A DNA stretch of 64,000 nt. Origin: Octopus sinensis. Lineage: Eukaryota. The position numbers and the translations under genes are program-made. Location: assembly GCF_006345805.1 (NCBI RefSeq), contig NC_042998.1, positions 201,872,001-201,936,000 of the forward strand. The letters run 5' to 3'. How positions within the stretch are numbered: the stretch's first letter is position 1; every line of letters starts with the position of its first letter. The notes under the pieces were generated by a model. The model ran no database searches, was not told the DNA's origin, and saw only the letters and a list, made by a program, of their open reading frames with translations. Shown piece after piece: positions 52,290-64,000 of the stretch.

Positions 52290-52770
52290 AAATATATGAA
52301 TTATTTACGAGAGATTGGAAAATATCATGTCGAAGCTTTACTTAGAAAATTATAACGCTGCCATTCAATATTTGCTTGAATTATGCTTAGTGTGCAACGG
52401 GTACTTACTCACCTGATAGTATGTACCCTACTTTCGTACATTCTGTTACGTGCTTATATAGTCGTGAGGAAAGTTAGTCAACCACATGTGCATTTCACAA
52501 TGTGACACCAAGGAACATCTAAGATATATGTGTCAGAGAATCTGGTGGGCTGGCTACACTAGCTCTAAATTGTACTTCACTTGCTTCAAATTAACAGAGA
52601 AAACGTCAATCAATTCGATTTCTCTAGGACATAACGAATCGCCGCATCTACGAATTGAGCCAGCGACCTAAACACTGAGCAAGGCGGGCAACAACAATAT
52701 TATCATTTCGGAACAATAATAATGTTGAACTGAGTTTCAGTCGTATATAAAAATATATATATATATATTA

Positions 52771-53283
52771 CTATCAGTATCGCCCGGCGTTGCTCGGGTT
52801 TGTAAGGGAAATAACTATATAAGCATTTTTAGAGAGTTACTTCCCTTATATATGCCAATTCGGGCTTTCTTAGCCATTTCTGTTTTGGTGTCTTCAAGCC
52901 ATGAAGTCGTTGTTCTAAAAGAACGCTGGTCTCCTTGACAACGCTTTACGACGTTGATTTCCTTACACTCCCTTCCCCACAGCTTCACGAGGGAGGGAAG
53001 AAGGGGGAGAAGCAAATAGGTGCAGGTGTGACCATGGACGCCAACTCCGCCGCCATCGACACACGAGAAATTATGCATTAAAATGGAATAAAAAATGATG
53101 TTAAATTATTTTTAAAATCGTAGACTCATCGTAGACGCGCGCTGATACTCAGACGGGCTCGATATGAATCACGACTATAAGATATCCGAATTTGGTTAAA
53201 CTGCACCGCAAAATGTGGGAGTAGTTAGGAATCTAAATCGAAGGCGACAGACACTCACACAACTACAGTTTTATATATACAGA
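52771..53283 (-). mobile_element. Non-autonomous Helitron
   Basis: Minus strand starts a|TCtgtatatataaaactg and ends cccgagcaacgccggg...ATAG|t (CTAG mutated). Confidence 0.8.
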
Positions 53284-53287
53284 TATT

Positions 53288-53641
53288 GTGGAGGCGCGTG
53301 GCTTAGTTGTTAGGGTGTCAGCACCATGATCCTAAGATTGTGGTTTCGATTCCTGGACCGGGCGACGCGTTGTGTTCTTGAGCAAAACACTTCATTTCAC
53401 ATTGCTCCAGTCCACTCAGCTTGAGGGCGGCAAGCTGGCAGAAACGTTAGCATGCAGGGCGATATGCTTAGCGGTATTTTGTCTGCCGTTACATTCTGAG
53501 TTCAAATTCCGCAGAGGTTGACTTTCGGGGTCGATAAATTAAGTACCAGTTACGCACTGGGGTCGATGTAATCGACTTAATCCGTTTGTCTGTCCTTGTT
53601 TGTCCCCTTTGTGTTTAGCCCCTTGTGGGTAGTAAAGAAAT
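53288..53641 (+). mobile_element. SINE type D head joined to a SINE type B
   Basis: Type D head 53288-53421 stops at ccactcagct; type B (gcggcaagctggcagaaacg...gtaaagaaata) follows with a small internal deletion. Confidence 0.85.
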
Positions 53642-53647
53642 ATATAT

Positions 53648-54200
53648 ATATATTATATAAAATCTGTTCGGTGTGTGTGTATGTGTGTGTGCGTGTGTGT
53701 CTTCTTGGATCTCGGGCATCCTCCATCCAATTGCGCTCAAATTTGACATGTAGATACCGACGGTATCAGGGCACGTACAAGTCTTGAAAACATTACAAAA
53801 ATCGATTTCGGGTGAGAATGCGATCGATAAAGCCGTGGGAAATCGTTTTCTTTGGTTACAGATTCGATTATATGGCGCTGATAGGAGTTGCCTCCCTTAA
53901 CACCAAGCATACATATTTCATACACAGTCGATCATTTTACTTTCTTTTACTTTTTCAACTACTGCTGAGGGCCAAACAAAGCCATCAACAAAGCACAGGG
54001 GCAGTCATAGAAAGTCGTGAGTTTGGACCTCACCTCTCTTTGCTTTTCGCACGGACAACTGTATGTGGGCTGTTCGAGGGTTGGTTGTTCGACAAACCTT
54101 TACAACTACGCTCCAGACGAAGTAATGAGGAATGTGGTTTACAAGGATGCGCTCCACTTGTTTTCCATCCCTTTGAACATCCCTTAAAGTAAGTTAGCTT
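53648..54200 (+). mobile_element. Internally deleted Helitron with Pif1 helicase C-terminal remnant
   Basis: Helitron-like 5' part, then AINKAQGQS*KVVSLDLTSLCFSHGQLYVGCSRVG...NVVYKDAL (Pif1 motifs V/VI); 3' CTAG not found. Confidence 0.85.
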
Positions 54201-54716
54201 TAAATTAGTTACTTAGTTCCCTAGGTTGTTACTTGTCATCAAAATTCGCCACAAATTGATTTTCTTCATGTTTTATCGGATAAAATTATTATTGTCCCAG
54301 GTATGTTCTCATAAATTCATCATGCTTTTCCATCTAGATTTACCTCCAGCTAACCCATTTGCATACATCGTTTTTGTCTTGCATTTCTTCAGTCAACCTG
54401 TACATAACTGCACCTTCCATTTTTTTGCTGTTTTTGAACTGCTTAAAGGCACGTTTCTTTCCTGCCAAGCTTACTGTTTAAACCATGTTTGTGTTCTCCC
54501 AGTCAACAGCCTTATCATTACTGGTACTTTAAACTCTTCGGTTGCATATTTGTGTGAATAAAATCGTTATTCTTTGGAAGAGTTAAAAAGTCTATCTTTA
54601 TTTCTTCTTTTGCTGGTGTCTCAAATTTAGGTTAAATCAGTGTTTCTCAAAGGGGTGGCCTATGGGACTGTCGGACAAGTTGTTTTGAGAAACTTTGGCT
54701 TAAATGATTGACAACT

Positions 54717-54790
<74 letters not shown>

Positions 54791-54798
<8 letters not shown>

Positions 54799-56711
54799 CA
54801 CACATGTACAGACGCACGCACTCACACACGCACACACATATAAAGAAAATTTATATGTGGTTATATATAGTTATGAGAGATAATGGTGTCAATAAGACCC
54901 AAAGGTGTCAGGTAATGGTGAGTAAGTGCTATGGACAGATCATAGTTAAACTCCAAGTTCGGTGATTATGCGAATGAGGAGATTTTAGAACATTTATAAA
55001 TCTGTGAAGATTTTAGAACATTTATAAATAGAAGATCTTATAGCTATTTCCAGGATATTTATTATGTCCCATTTATATATTATACATGTTCCTACACACT
55101 CAAAGTGAAAATACTTTCTCTGTAGCTCGCAAAGGATAAATTCTTCTTACAGACAAGGATTACGAAAACACAGTGAAGAACAGCGAAACAGGGGACTCGC
55201 AGACCGATGAAGTCCTTCATATCACAACCCCTTGTATTTTCACACGCACTGTCTATAGAGAGAATTTCACTTTCGAAACATGTACAGAAAGACGGCTTTT
55301 AATCTCGTCAGTGTGAATACACGCATTAAGTATACACGTACACAGCTTTGGTACAATATACTTTAATAGCTATAATATAAATTTTACCGATATATGTGTG
55401 CATATAAGAGAAGTATAAATATATGTTCTAGCATCCAAAGTTGTTGACTGTGTATATCGATTTTACATACTTGTAGGATGTCTCTATGCCTATTTGATAC
55501 CTATATTATATTTATTATACGTGTACATATTTATCTTTGAACTTAATTATGTATAATTGTGACTTCGTATACACATATGTATGTATGTGAGCACACAAAT
55601 ATACACATATATTTATATGTGTGTATGTGTATGTATGCATGTATACACACACAGGCATGTACATTTAATCATATATATATGTATGTATGTATGTATATAT
55701 GTATATATGTATATATAAATATATATATATATATATACATGTACACACATGTACAGACGCACGCACTCACACACGCACACACATATAAAGAAAATTTATA
55801 TGTGGTTATATATAGTTATGAGAGATAATGGTGTCAATAAGACCCAAAGGTGTCAGGTAATGGTGAGTAAGTGCTATGGACAGATCATAGTTAAACTCCA
55901 AGTTCGGTGATTATGCGAATGAGGAGATTTTAGAACATTTATAAATCTGTGAAGATTTTAGAACATTTATAAATCTGTGAAGATTTTAGAACATTTATAA
56001 ATAGAAGATCTTATAGCTATTTCCAGGATATTTATTATGTCCCATTTATATATTATACATGTTCCTACACACTCAAAGTGAAAATACTTTCTCTGTAGCT
56101 CGCAAAGGATAAATTCTTCTTACAGACAAGGATTACGAAAACACAGTGAAGAACAGCGAAACAGGGGACTCGCAGACCGATGAAGTCCTTCATATCACAA
56201 CCCCTTGTATTTTCACACGCACTGTCTATAGAGAGAATTTCACTTTCGAAAATGTACAGAAAGACGGCTTTTAATCTCGTCAGTGTGAATACACGCATTA
56301 AGTATACACGTACACAGCTTTGGTACAATATACTTTAATAGCTATAATATAAATTTTACCGATATATGTGTGCATATAAGAGAAGTATAAATATATGTTC
56401 TAGCATCCAAAGTTGTTGACTGTGTATATCGATTTTACATACTTGTAGGATGTCTCTATGCCTATTTGATACCTATTATTATATTTATTATACGTGTACA
56501 TATTTATCTTTGAACTTAATTATGTATAATTGTGACTTCGTATACACATATGTATGTATGTGAGCACACAAATATACACATATATTTATATGTGTGTATG
56601 TGTATGTATGCATGTATACACACACAGGCATGTACATTTAATCATATATATATGTATGTATGTATGTATATATGTATATATGTATATATGTATATATAAA
56701 TATATATATAT
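54791..56711. repeat. Tandem duplication of a ~945-bp unit
   Basis: 54791-55735 repeated from 55736; copy 2 has one extra 28-bp unit (gattttagaacatttataaatctgtgaa) and two small indels; breakpoints lie in (TA)n. Confidence 0.92.
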
Positions 56712-57214
56712 GCATATATGTAGATATTAATGTGTATAATATGTATGAGTGTTTGTCTATATACGTGTGTGTATTCTTATTAATCTTAGGTATATATACG
56801 AAGCATATGTCGATGCACATTCATATAGAAAATTTGTGTATTTAATTGCATATATTTTTCTGTTATATTTTTGTTTATTTAAATTTATTCAAACAAGTTA
56901 TTTTATACATATCTATATGGGTCAAATGGCTACATACGCGTCTATTGATACATAATAGCGCTTTTAATCCTTCTAGCCATTAATTGAAACCTAAATGGCG
57001 TTTGATTTCTGTTCTTGTTTACGATTGCTGAAAAGATATAATAATTTCATGTTAGCGGACCTAAATCTAATTATCGAAAGTGTACACATAAGTGGCTGTC
57101 TGGATACCATATCAAAGTTCAAGGCACGATAGTGATTTTAATATATTTTACGGAATTGTTATGGTTATTTTATGATTATTTTACGCCTATATTAAAATTA
57201 AATACGTAATTATT

Positions 57215-57562
57215 TAATATTGCTTTCAAATTTTGACACAAGGTCACCATATTCGGCAGTCAATTCGGTATGTCAATTACATCGATTCCAGTGCACAAGT
57301 GGTCCTTATTTAATCGACTCCTCATGAATAAAAGTATAAGTTGACCGCGACGGAATTTGAAATCCGAATGTACATTCGAAAGAAATAACCTTTCCATTGT
57401 AGGCAGAAGGTCTAAAATTTTGGGGGAAAGGATTAAGTCGATTACATTGAGCCTTTCGCCCGGTGTGTTAAAGATCCTGGCTGCTCGCTGCCTTAAAATA
57501 GAAAGAAATAACGCTAAACATTTTCTGCAGTGTTCTAACGCTTCTGCTAGCTCGCCCCCTTA
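57215..57562 (-). mobile_element. Degraded type B-related SINE fragments
   Basis: acatcgattccagtgc, acggaatttgaa, aggattaagtcgattacat and ctgctagctcgcc motifs. Confidence 0.6.
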
Positions 57563-58044
57563 AGTAATTATTTAATATTATGTGTGTCCCTGTCTGTGTG
57601 TGTGCGCGTACAGTCATACCTATAATAATGAAAAACCACTGACTTGGATATTATGAAGTTAATGGTCATATATAATATTCATTGACCATATAATATAATA
57701 GGAATGCATTTCCTATTATAAATTACGCAAGCCGGAAAGCTACGTATTAAATGATTTCAAAATATCGCTATTGTGTTTGACATCGTTATTACAACTGATG
57801 CGGCACGATGCCAGTAAAAAATAGTTGGGCTTGACTCCACTTATACCGATAATCTAAGAACGATTTTGAGTAGTTTGTTATGTTTGTCAAGACGAAAGTT
57901 CTGGTACTGTGAACTGTTTCTTTGCGTAACAGGATTGTCCAGACATATTGATGCATAAATAATACATACACGTACATATGCAAACAAGCAAACACACATA
58001 CACGCATATGTAATTATGTATGTATACATGCATGTATATACATA

Positions 58045-58235
58045 GGGAATGTTTACGAAAAAAAACAAAAGACGAAGATAGGTGGTGTACAAAACAAACA
58101 GATGTATTAATATAACGCTCAGGAATAGAAAACGTCTTTTACGTTTCGAGCCTACGCTCTTCTACAGAAAGGGACACAGAAAAAACAAGGAGAGAGAAAA
58201 AAAGTGTTTGTAATGGCTAACGTTCTATCATGGCG
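58045..58235 (-). mobile_element. ~190-bp solo pLTR-like repeat (CUGUNGA family), best-preserved copy
   Basis: Homologous to 13016; flanked by (TA/CATA)-type repeats. Confidence 0.78.
58136..58171 (-). ncRNA. Minimal hammerhead-like motif with A6U core
   Basis: cttt-CTGTAGA-a-gagc-gtag-gctc-GAAA-cgt-A-aaag; perfect stems I and II; palindromic acgt stem III; GUA triplet. Confidence 0.65.
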
Positions 58236-58730
58236 ACTAGTGCCGGACAGAGGGGTCAGACAGGAGAATATGTATGTAAGTATGTATGTATGTATGTATG
58301 TATGTATGTATGTATGTATGTATGTATGTATGTATGTATGTATGTGCAGTTTGTACGTTTTATGTTATTCCCATGCATATAGCTGCATGTATGTATATAT
58401 GTATATATTATATTTTTGGATGTATGTATATATGTATGTATGTGGGTATGTATGTACGTATGTGGATACATATATGTGCGTATCTAATTTAATGAAATGC
58501 AGTTGTCACTTTACGATGACCTTTTTGTCTTTACATCTACAGAAAGTCCTACGGTGATGGGAAAATAGTGACGTATGTGGACCTAACCAGATGCAAGTAT
58601 ACTGCATGTCGCAACTTTCCTCCGTCATCTATGCTTTAGACCAAACAGATTTTCGACGGGACTAAAGAGGTATATGTGAGGTCATGCACAGGAAGTCAGA
58701 AATCCTGTTGACAACATGAAAGCAGAAGAC

Positions 58731-58894
58731 GGCAGGAGTGGCTGTGTGGTAAGTAGCTTGATAACCAACCACATGGTTCCGGGTTCAGTCCCACTGCGTG
58801 GCATCTTGGGCAAGTGTCTTCTGCTATAGCCCCGGGCCGACCAATGCTTTGTGAGTGGATTTTGTAGACGGAAACTGAAAGAAGCCTGTCGTAT

Positions 58895-58928
<34 letters not shown>

Positions 58929-59165
58929 AATATATATATATGTGTGGGGGGGGGGAGTTTGCGTGTCTGTATTTGTCCCCCTAGCATTGCTTGACAACTG
59001 ATGCTGGTGTGTTTACGTCCCCGTCACATAGCGGTTCGGCAAAAGAGACCGATAGAATAAGTACTGTGCTTACAAAGAATAAGTCCCGGGGTCGATTTGA
59101 TCGACTAAAAGCGGTACTCCAGCATGGCCGCAGTCAAATGACTGAAACAAGTAAAAGAGTAAAAA
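58731..59165 (+). mobile_element. SINE type A, full length
   Basis: Same head, body and tail as 29543. Confidence 0.92.
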
Positions 59166-60392
59166 TAAAGAGAGAGTATAATCACGATGTGCGTATGCAT
59201 ATTTATATCGCAGTGTTTGTTTACTTCAGAGCGCCCTACACTTTCAGTTTGGGTGAACTTAAGCAGACATTTGGTATCTGACTATTTCAATATACTCTCA
59301 ATATCTCCCTATTCCCATATTTCACTTAATTTACTATTTGAACTTCCGTTTAGTATATTCTGATTCCTTGGTTAGGGACACTCTCGAAGCTGGAGAATTT
59401 CTCCTTTCATTGTTCTCATGGAGACCACTGCACGAAATCTAAAACAACAAAATCTGAACACTTTTGGCAAAGCACAGCGTACCTTCACTCGAGAATCGCC
59501 ACGTTTCCTGAAACTGTGGTGACATCTTGGTGAAAGGTAATCTACGAATAAATTACGCAACATTGTTTCTTATAAAACATTGAAATCTTAATAGGATGTA
59601 CATTTCTTTAATTCTTAATTTAGAATAACAAGATTATACACACACACACACATGCACACACACAAGCGATATTAGAATGTAAATTTTCTATTCGAAAATT
59701 TTATGTATTTTATTATCTACTGCATTAAATAATAAAAAAAATAGAATCCAATATATATTTATTGTTTCCTATCTGTCATATTCAAACAATATTTACGTAT
59801 ATATACCCAACAAGATTCTTGAGATTTGCTAATTCTTCAAGGATTCTGTCGTCGTTGTGAAATGTAAAGTGGAAAATGCTGCAATTTGAAAACTTTTTGC
59901 ATTACATTAATTTGCATGTTAAAATATAATTTTATGTTAGAAATACAGAATTATAAATTTTTCTTAACTCACATATCCATAGGAAACGTAGAAGATTATA
60001 TCACATTCATACATTTCTCGCTTGAAATATCATCTTAGATGAAATCAAATGGCATAATTTCACCATTTTCCCTCTCTTTCCCCAAAATTTTTCCTAATAA
60101 CAATCTGAAATAGAAATTAAGTGAACTACTGCATATGACACTTTCAAGAAATTATTGTCAATCGTCGGCACTCTACGTGATGTGGTTTTGAAAATAGCTA
60201 AATCAAAATTAATGGACTGACTTATTAAATCAATATTAGTTTGAAATATGAAATGAGTCATAAAACCAGACAGGTATAAGTTAATGTATACATATTGAGA
60301 AATGACATGTGCTTCAGTCATATGTAGCTTCATATGCCCACACAAGCACACAAATACACAAGCATGCACACGTGCATACATATGTATATATA

Positions 60393-61551
60393 TTAGGTTG
60401 TCCGGAAAGTTCGTGCTGATTTGTAGTAGCTTACATTTCGACTTATTTTAAACATGTTTGAATCCATAAAATAGGATTTGACTACACCTCCATTTAGAGC
60501 ACAGTTTAAGCTATCTTTTCGTGGGAGAATGTTTATCTTCCTATAATCTGCATTATTTTTGTAACCCTTTAAATTGTAAGATAAGGAACTTCATTTTCGG
60601 CTATTGATGCTTTTCTGTTTCCGTAAAGAGAAACATGCCTCTCAAGCAACCAAAGAAATATGCGCAGTTTACGGTGATGTTTCGTCATCCGAAAGAACTG
60701 TACGGAAGTGGTTCGCAATGTTCCGAGCTGGAGATTGTAGCCTTATTGATAAAGAGCGATAAGGCAGACCATCCACAACAGATGATGATGAAATCAAGTT
60801 ATTGAGAATAACCCGCATTACACAACCCGAGAATTGGTTGAAAGCCTCAATCTATCGAAATCCGTCGTTCATGAGCACCTGGTAAAGCTTCGGTACACAA
60901 ATCGCTACGATATTTGGGTACCACATGAGTTGAGTGAGAAGAACCTTTTGGATTGCATTTCCATCTGCGATTCGCTTTTTAAAAGCAAATTGTGACAGGT
61001 GATGAGAAATGGATTATCTACCGAAATGTTCAGAGAAAGTGATCCTGGAGTAAGCGACGTTAGCCACCCTTAGCCACCCCATAAGCAGGTCCTCACCCTC
61101 AAAAAATCTTGCTTTGTGTCTGGTGCGAAAGGAATTCTGTACTATCAGCTTCTCACAAGTAATCAGACAATTAATCTGAGAATTACAGCACACACACAAG
61201 AGAAACGTCTAGAATTGGTTAACAGGAAGGGTGTTGTTTTCCACCATCATAATGGACGACCACACTTTTCTTTGGGAACCAAACAAAAAATAGTTGCAGA
61301 TAGGCTGGGATGTGTTATCCCATCATCCATATTCACCAGATATTGCTCTTTCGGATTTCCACTTATTCAGGTCCCTGTAGAATAGCCTTAATGGTAAAAA
61401 TTTCAATTCTTTGGCTGACGTAAAAAGATACCTTGATGAATTCTTTGCCATGAAACTACCTCAATTCTGGGAAGAGGGTATTTTCAAGTTAAAGGAAAGA
61501 TGGAGATACATTGCGCAACGAAATGGTTCATATAACGAAATGGTTCATATA
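60393..61551 (+). mobile_element. Mariner transposon, pseudogenised, 3' TIR lost
   Basis: ta|ttaggttgtccggaaagttcgtgc TIR; WVPHEL, IVTGDEKW, FHHHNGRPH and HPYSPDIALSDFHLF motifs; stops and frameshifts. Confidence 0.92.
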
Positions 61552-61565
61552 TATATATATATATA

Positions 61566-61980
61566 TTAGTTAGTTAGTTAGTTAGTTAATTTGGCTCAAA
61601 AGCAAATAGCAAGGCCATGTAGGGGGACATGGAGTTAAGTACAGGGCGGTGTTCATGTAAAGAGTTCAGGCCACTTGAGGTCCAGGGAGGCTTTGAACAA
61701 AGCGGTCGTCGGCATCTTCACCATCTCGTCTGGCAGCTTGTTCCACGGATCCGCAACCCGGACGGAGAAAGCTCCTCTCCTTCGATTGAGATGAAATCGT
61801 CGCAGGTAGAGCTTTTCGGAATGACCCCGCAGCCGACGCTCCGAGCAGGAGTGAAGAACAGCTCTTTCGAGAGGTTACACTTCCCGCTTATGATGTTGTG
61901 GGCGAGAATGAGATCACCACGGCGGCGGCGTTTTTCAAGAGAATAAAGGTCGAGCGTCCTCAGCCTTTCTTCGTAGGACA
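61566..61980 (-). mobile_element. CR1-type LINE 3' end, same young family as 35203
   Basis: SYEERLRTLDLYSLEKRRRRGDLILAHNII...; (CTAA)n tail. Confidence 0.92.
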
Positions 61981-62220
61981 AATTTTATGTATATATATAG
62001 TCTGGATGTACGTACCTATCTATTTTTCACTATTTCTTGTTCTACCTATCCCTTTATATATGTTGATAGATAGACTGAGGTATAGATGTATGTACACATT
62101 CATGTGTACATGAAAATACATAATTTTCAGTAAACTACATGCGTATGTTTCCTTGATAAAACTTTCGATATAACTATATAGCATCCATACATACTTTTAT
62201 ATATATATATATATATATAT

Positions 62221-62515
62221 GTTCTTTCATTCTTTTATTCTTTTACTTGTGACAGACATTTGACTGCGCTCATGCTGCCCGTTGTATAATCTGTGTATTT
62301 GTCTGTGTGTCTATAATTGTCACCCTATCACCGATTCACCAACGGTGTTGGTGTGTTTAACTCCATGTATGTCAGCAGCTCGGCATAAAAGACTGATAGA
62401 ATAAGTACAAGTTTTTTAAAAAAATAACAAGTCTGGGGTCGATTTATTCAACTAAAATCCTTCAAGGCACTGCTGCATCATGGTCGTAGTCAAATGACAA
62501 ACATATAACAAAACC
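62221..62515. mobile_element. Opposed SINE type A-related fragments
   Basis: Minus-strand tail at 62221-62280 and a diverged plus-strand 3' half at ~62320-62515. Confidence 0.6.
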
Positions 62516-62735
62516 AAAGAATATGTATGTATGTATATATACCATGTGTGTGTATGTATGTGTGAATGTGTGAGTATACATGTGTGTGTGTGTGTTTGTG
62601 TAAGTATAATAAGTATGAAATGAACAGCTTCAAACAATGCAAAAAGTTTAAAAGACCTTTATATGTCAGGTGCAGCGGCTTATTTTCAGAAGAATACGGT
62701 CAAAGAAATGTGTATTTACATAGATACTACCATTT

Positions 62736-63068
62736 GGGATAGCCCGTGGATTTTTTCACTTTGACCGGCAGATCTTTAAAATAATTTCTTTGTAACTAAA
62801 CAATTTTAAGCTTCGTGTACTGGTAGTGCTGTTGACAAAATACGGCAGATATTGTATTCACCTCAACATATGTCATTGATTGGTTGCAATTGCCGAAATG
62901 CAAGAAATTAAACAAGAAATAGCTTACAAACTACAGAATTTTCTCAAGAAAGCCAAGAGAAAAAGATATTTTATGTAACACACTACCAGTATACGAAGTT
63001 TAAAAGTGTTTAGTTACAAAGAAATTATTTTGAAAAATCTGCCGCTCAAAGTGAAAAGCTCCTATCCC
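62736..63068. mobile_element. MITE-like element with ~100-bp imperfect TIRs
   Basis: gggatag...tttcactttgaccggcagat..aaataatttctttgtaactaaaca..tactggtagtg is mirrored at ~62965-63068; non-coding centre. Confidence 0.8.
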
Positions 63069-63629
63069 GTTGCTTATGATAGGAGAAGCAACTCACTAAA
63101 CGCCGTAGAAGTTGTTGCCGTAGAGGTGACATTCAGGACGGTGGTGATCGAGACTGGGTAGTGTGGGTGTATGTTGAAAGCAGTGGTAAATGCTGTTGTG
63201 TTAATGGCAGTCGCACTTGGTGTTGTTTACATCGGTGTAGTTGGCGAAGGTGGTATTGGTAAGTGTCTTGGAAGTAATACATGATAGCTAGGCAACGTGG
63301 TTGATGGATGGCGGTCAGCAACAAACATCTGTCGCCGCGGCAGACAATAGCAGTGTTGGAGAATATATTGTTGCTAGATAACAACAGTATTAGCTGTCTG
63401 GGTTTCGAGGGTGTTGGTCGTGGTTGCAGTGATATAGGACGTATCTTGTAACACATTTACAGGAGGTATCAATTCAACTTCAATCGTGTATTGATTTTTC
63501 GATTTAAGTCGGTGGATCAGGAACGCTTATTTGATACTGATATTTCCCATGTTCCTCCCCGAGGACTTTTTTGGCTTTCATTCATTATTCTACTTTTGAA
63601 CAAAACTGCTCATCTCTCTCTTTCTCGCT

Positions 63630-63674
<45 letters not shown>

Positions 63675-63841
63675 GTATGTTTGTATATATATATATATAT
63701 ATAGACAATTAAATTAAGCAGCAGTTTAGCGATGTATCGCGAAAACGGAAAACTATAATTGTCATTGAATATATATGTGTGTTAGCATGGACGTAGTCAA
63801 ATGACTGAAACCACTAACAGAATATATATACATATACATAC

Positions 63842-63899
<58 letters not shown>

Positions 63900-63924
63900 A
63901 AGAGAGGTACATATGCACAATTTT

Positions 63925-64000
63925 TTTTTGCAATTCCATCTTTGAAATCCACTGACAAGTCTTTGGTAAGCCAGAGACTATAGTTGAAAGCGCTTGCCCA
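63925..64000 (-). mobile_element. SINE type A-like fragment running off the window edge
   Basis: aaatccactgacaagtctttgg..gactatagttgaaagcgcttgccca. Confidence 0.55.

Noticed and set aside
63080-63460. Thr-rich minus-strand frame resembling a mucin exon
   Set aside because: Two in-frame stops; consistent with decayed ACN trinucleotide low-complexity sequence.

Overview
AT-rich, microsatellite- and transposon-dominated eukaryotic DNA, most likely from an octopus (inferred from the repeat families; not verified by search). I found no host protein-coding gene that I can support; the long ORFs in the track are microsatellite artefacts or transposon remnants. The window holds: about 20 tRNA-headed SINE copies in four types (my labels A-D; six have readable target-site duplications); CR1/L2-like, RTE and R4/Dong LINE remnants, including a nested Dong cluster in (AAT)n at 24.2-30.5 kb; Penelope-like remnants and many solo pseudo-LTRs; two decayed mariners; six Helitron pieces; a MITE; and a 945-bp tandem duplication. 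The most notable signal is ten type I hammerhead-ribozyme-like motifs tied to Penelope-type repeats. Four belong to a ~190-bp family with U instead of the normally invariant A6 in the catalytic core (CUGUNGA), and a relative with a canonical core is also present. All translations, folds and identities were read by eye.
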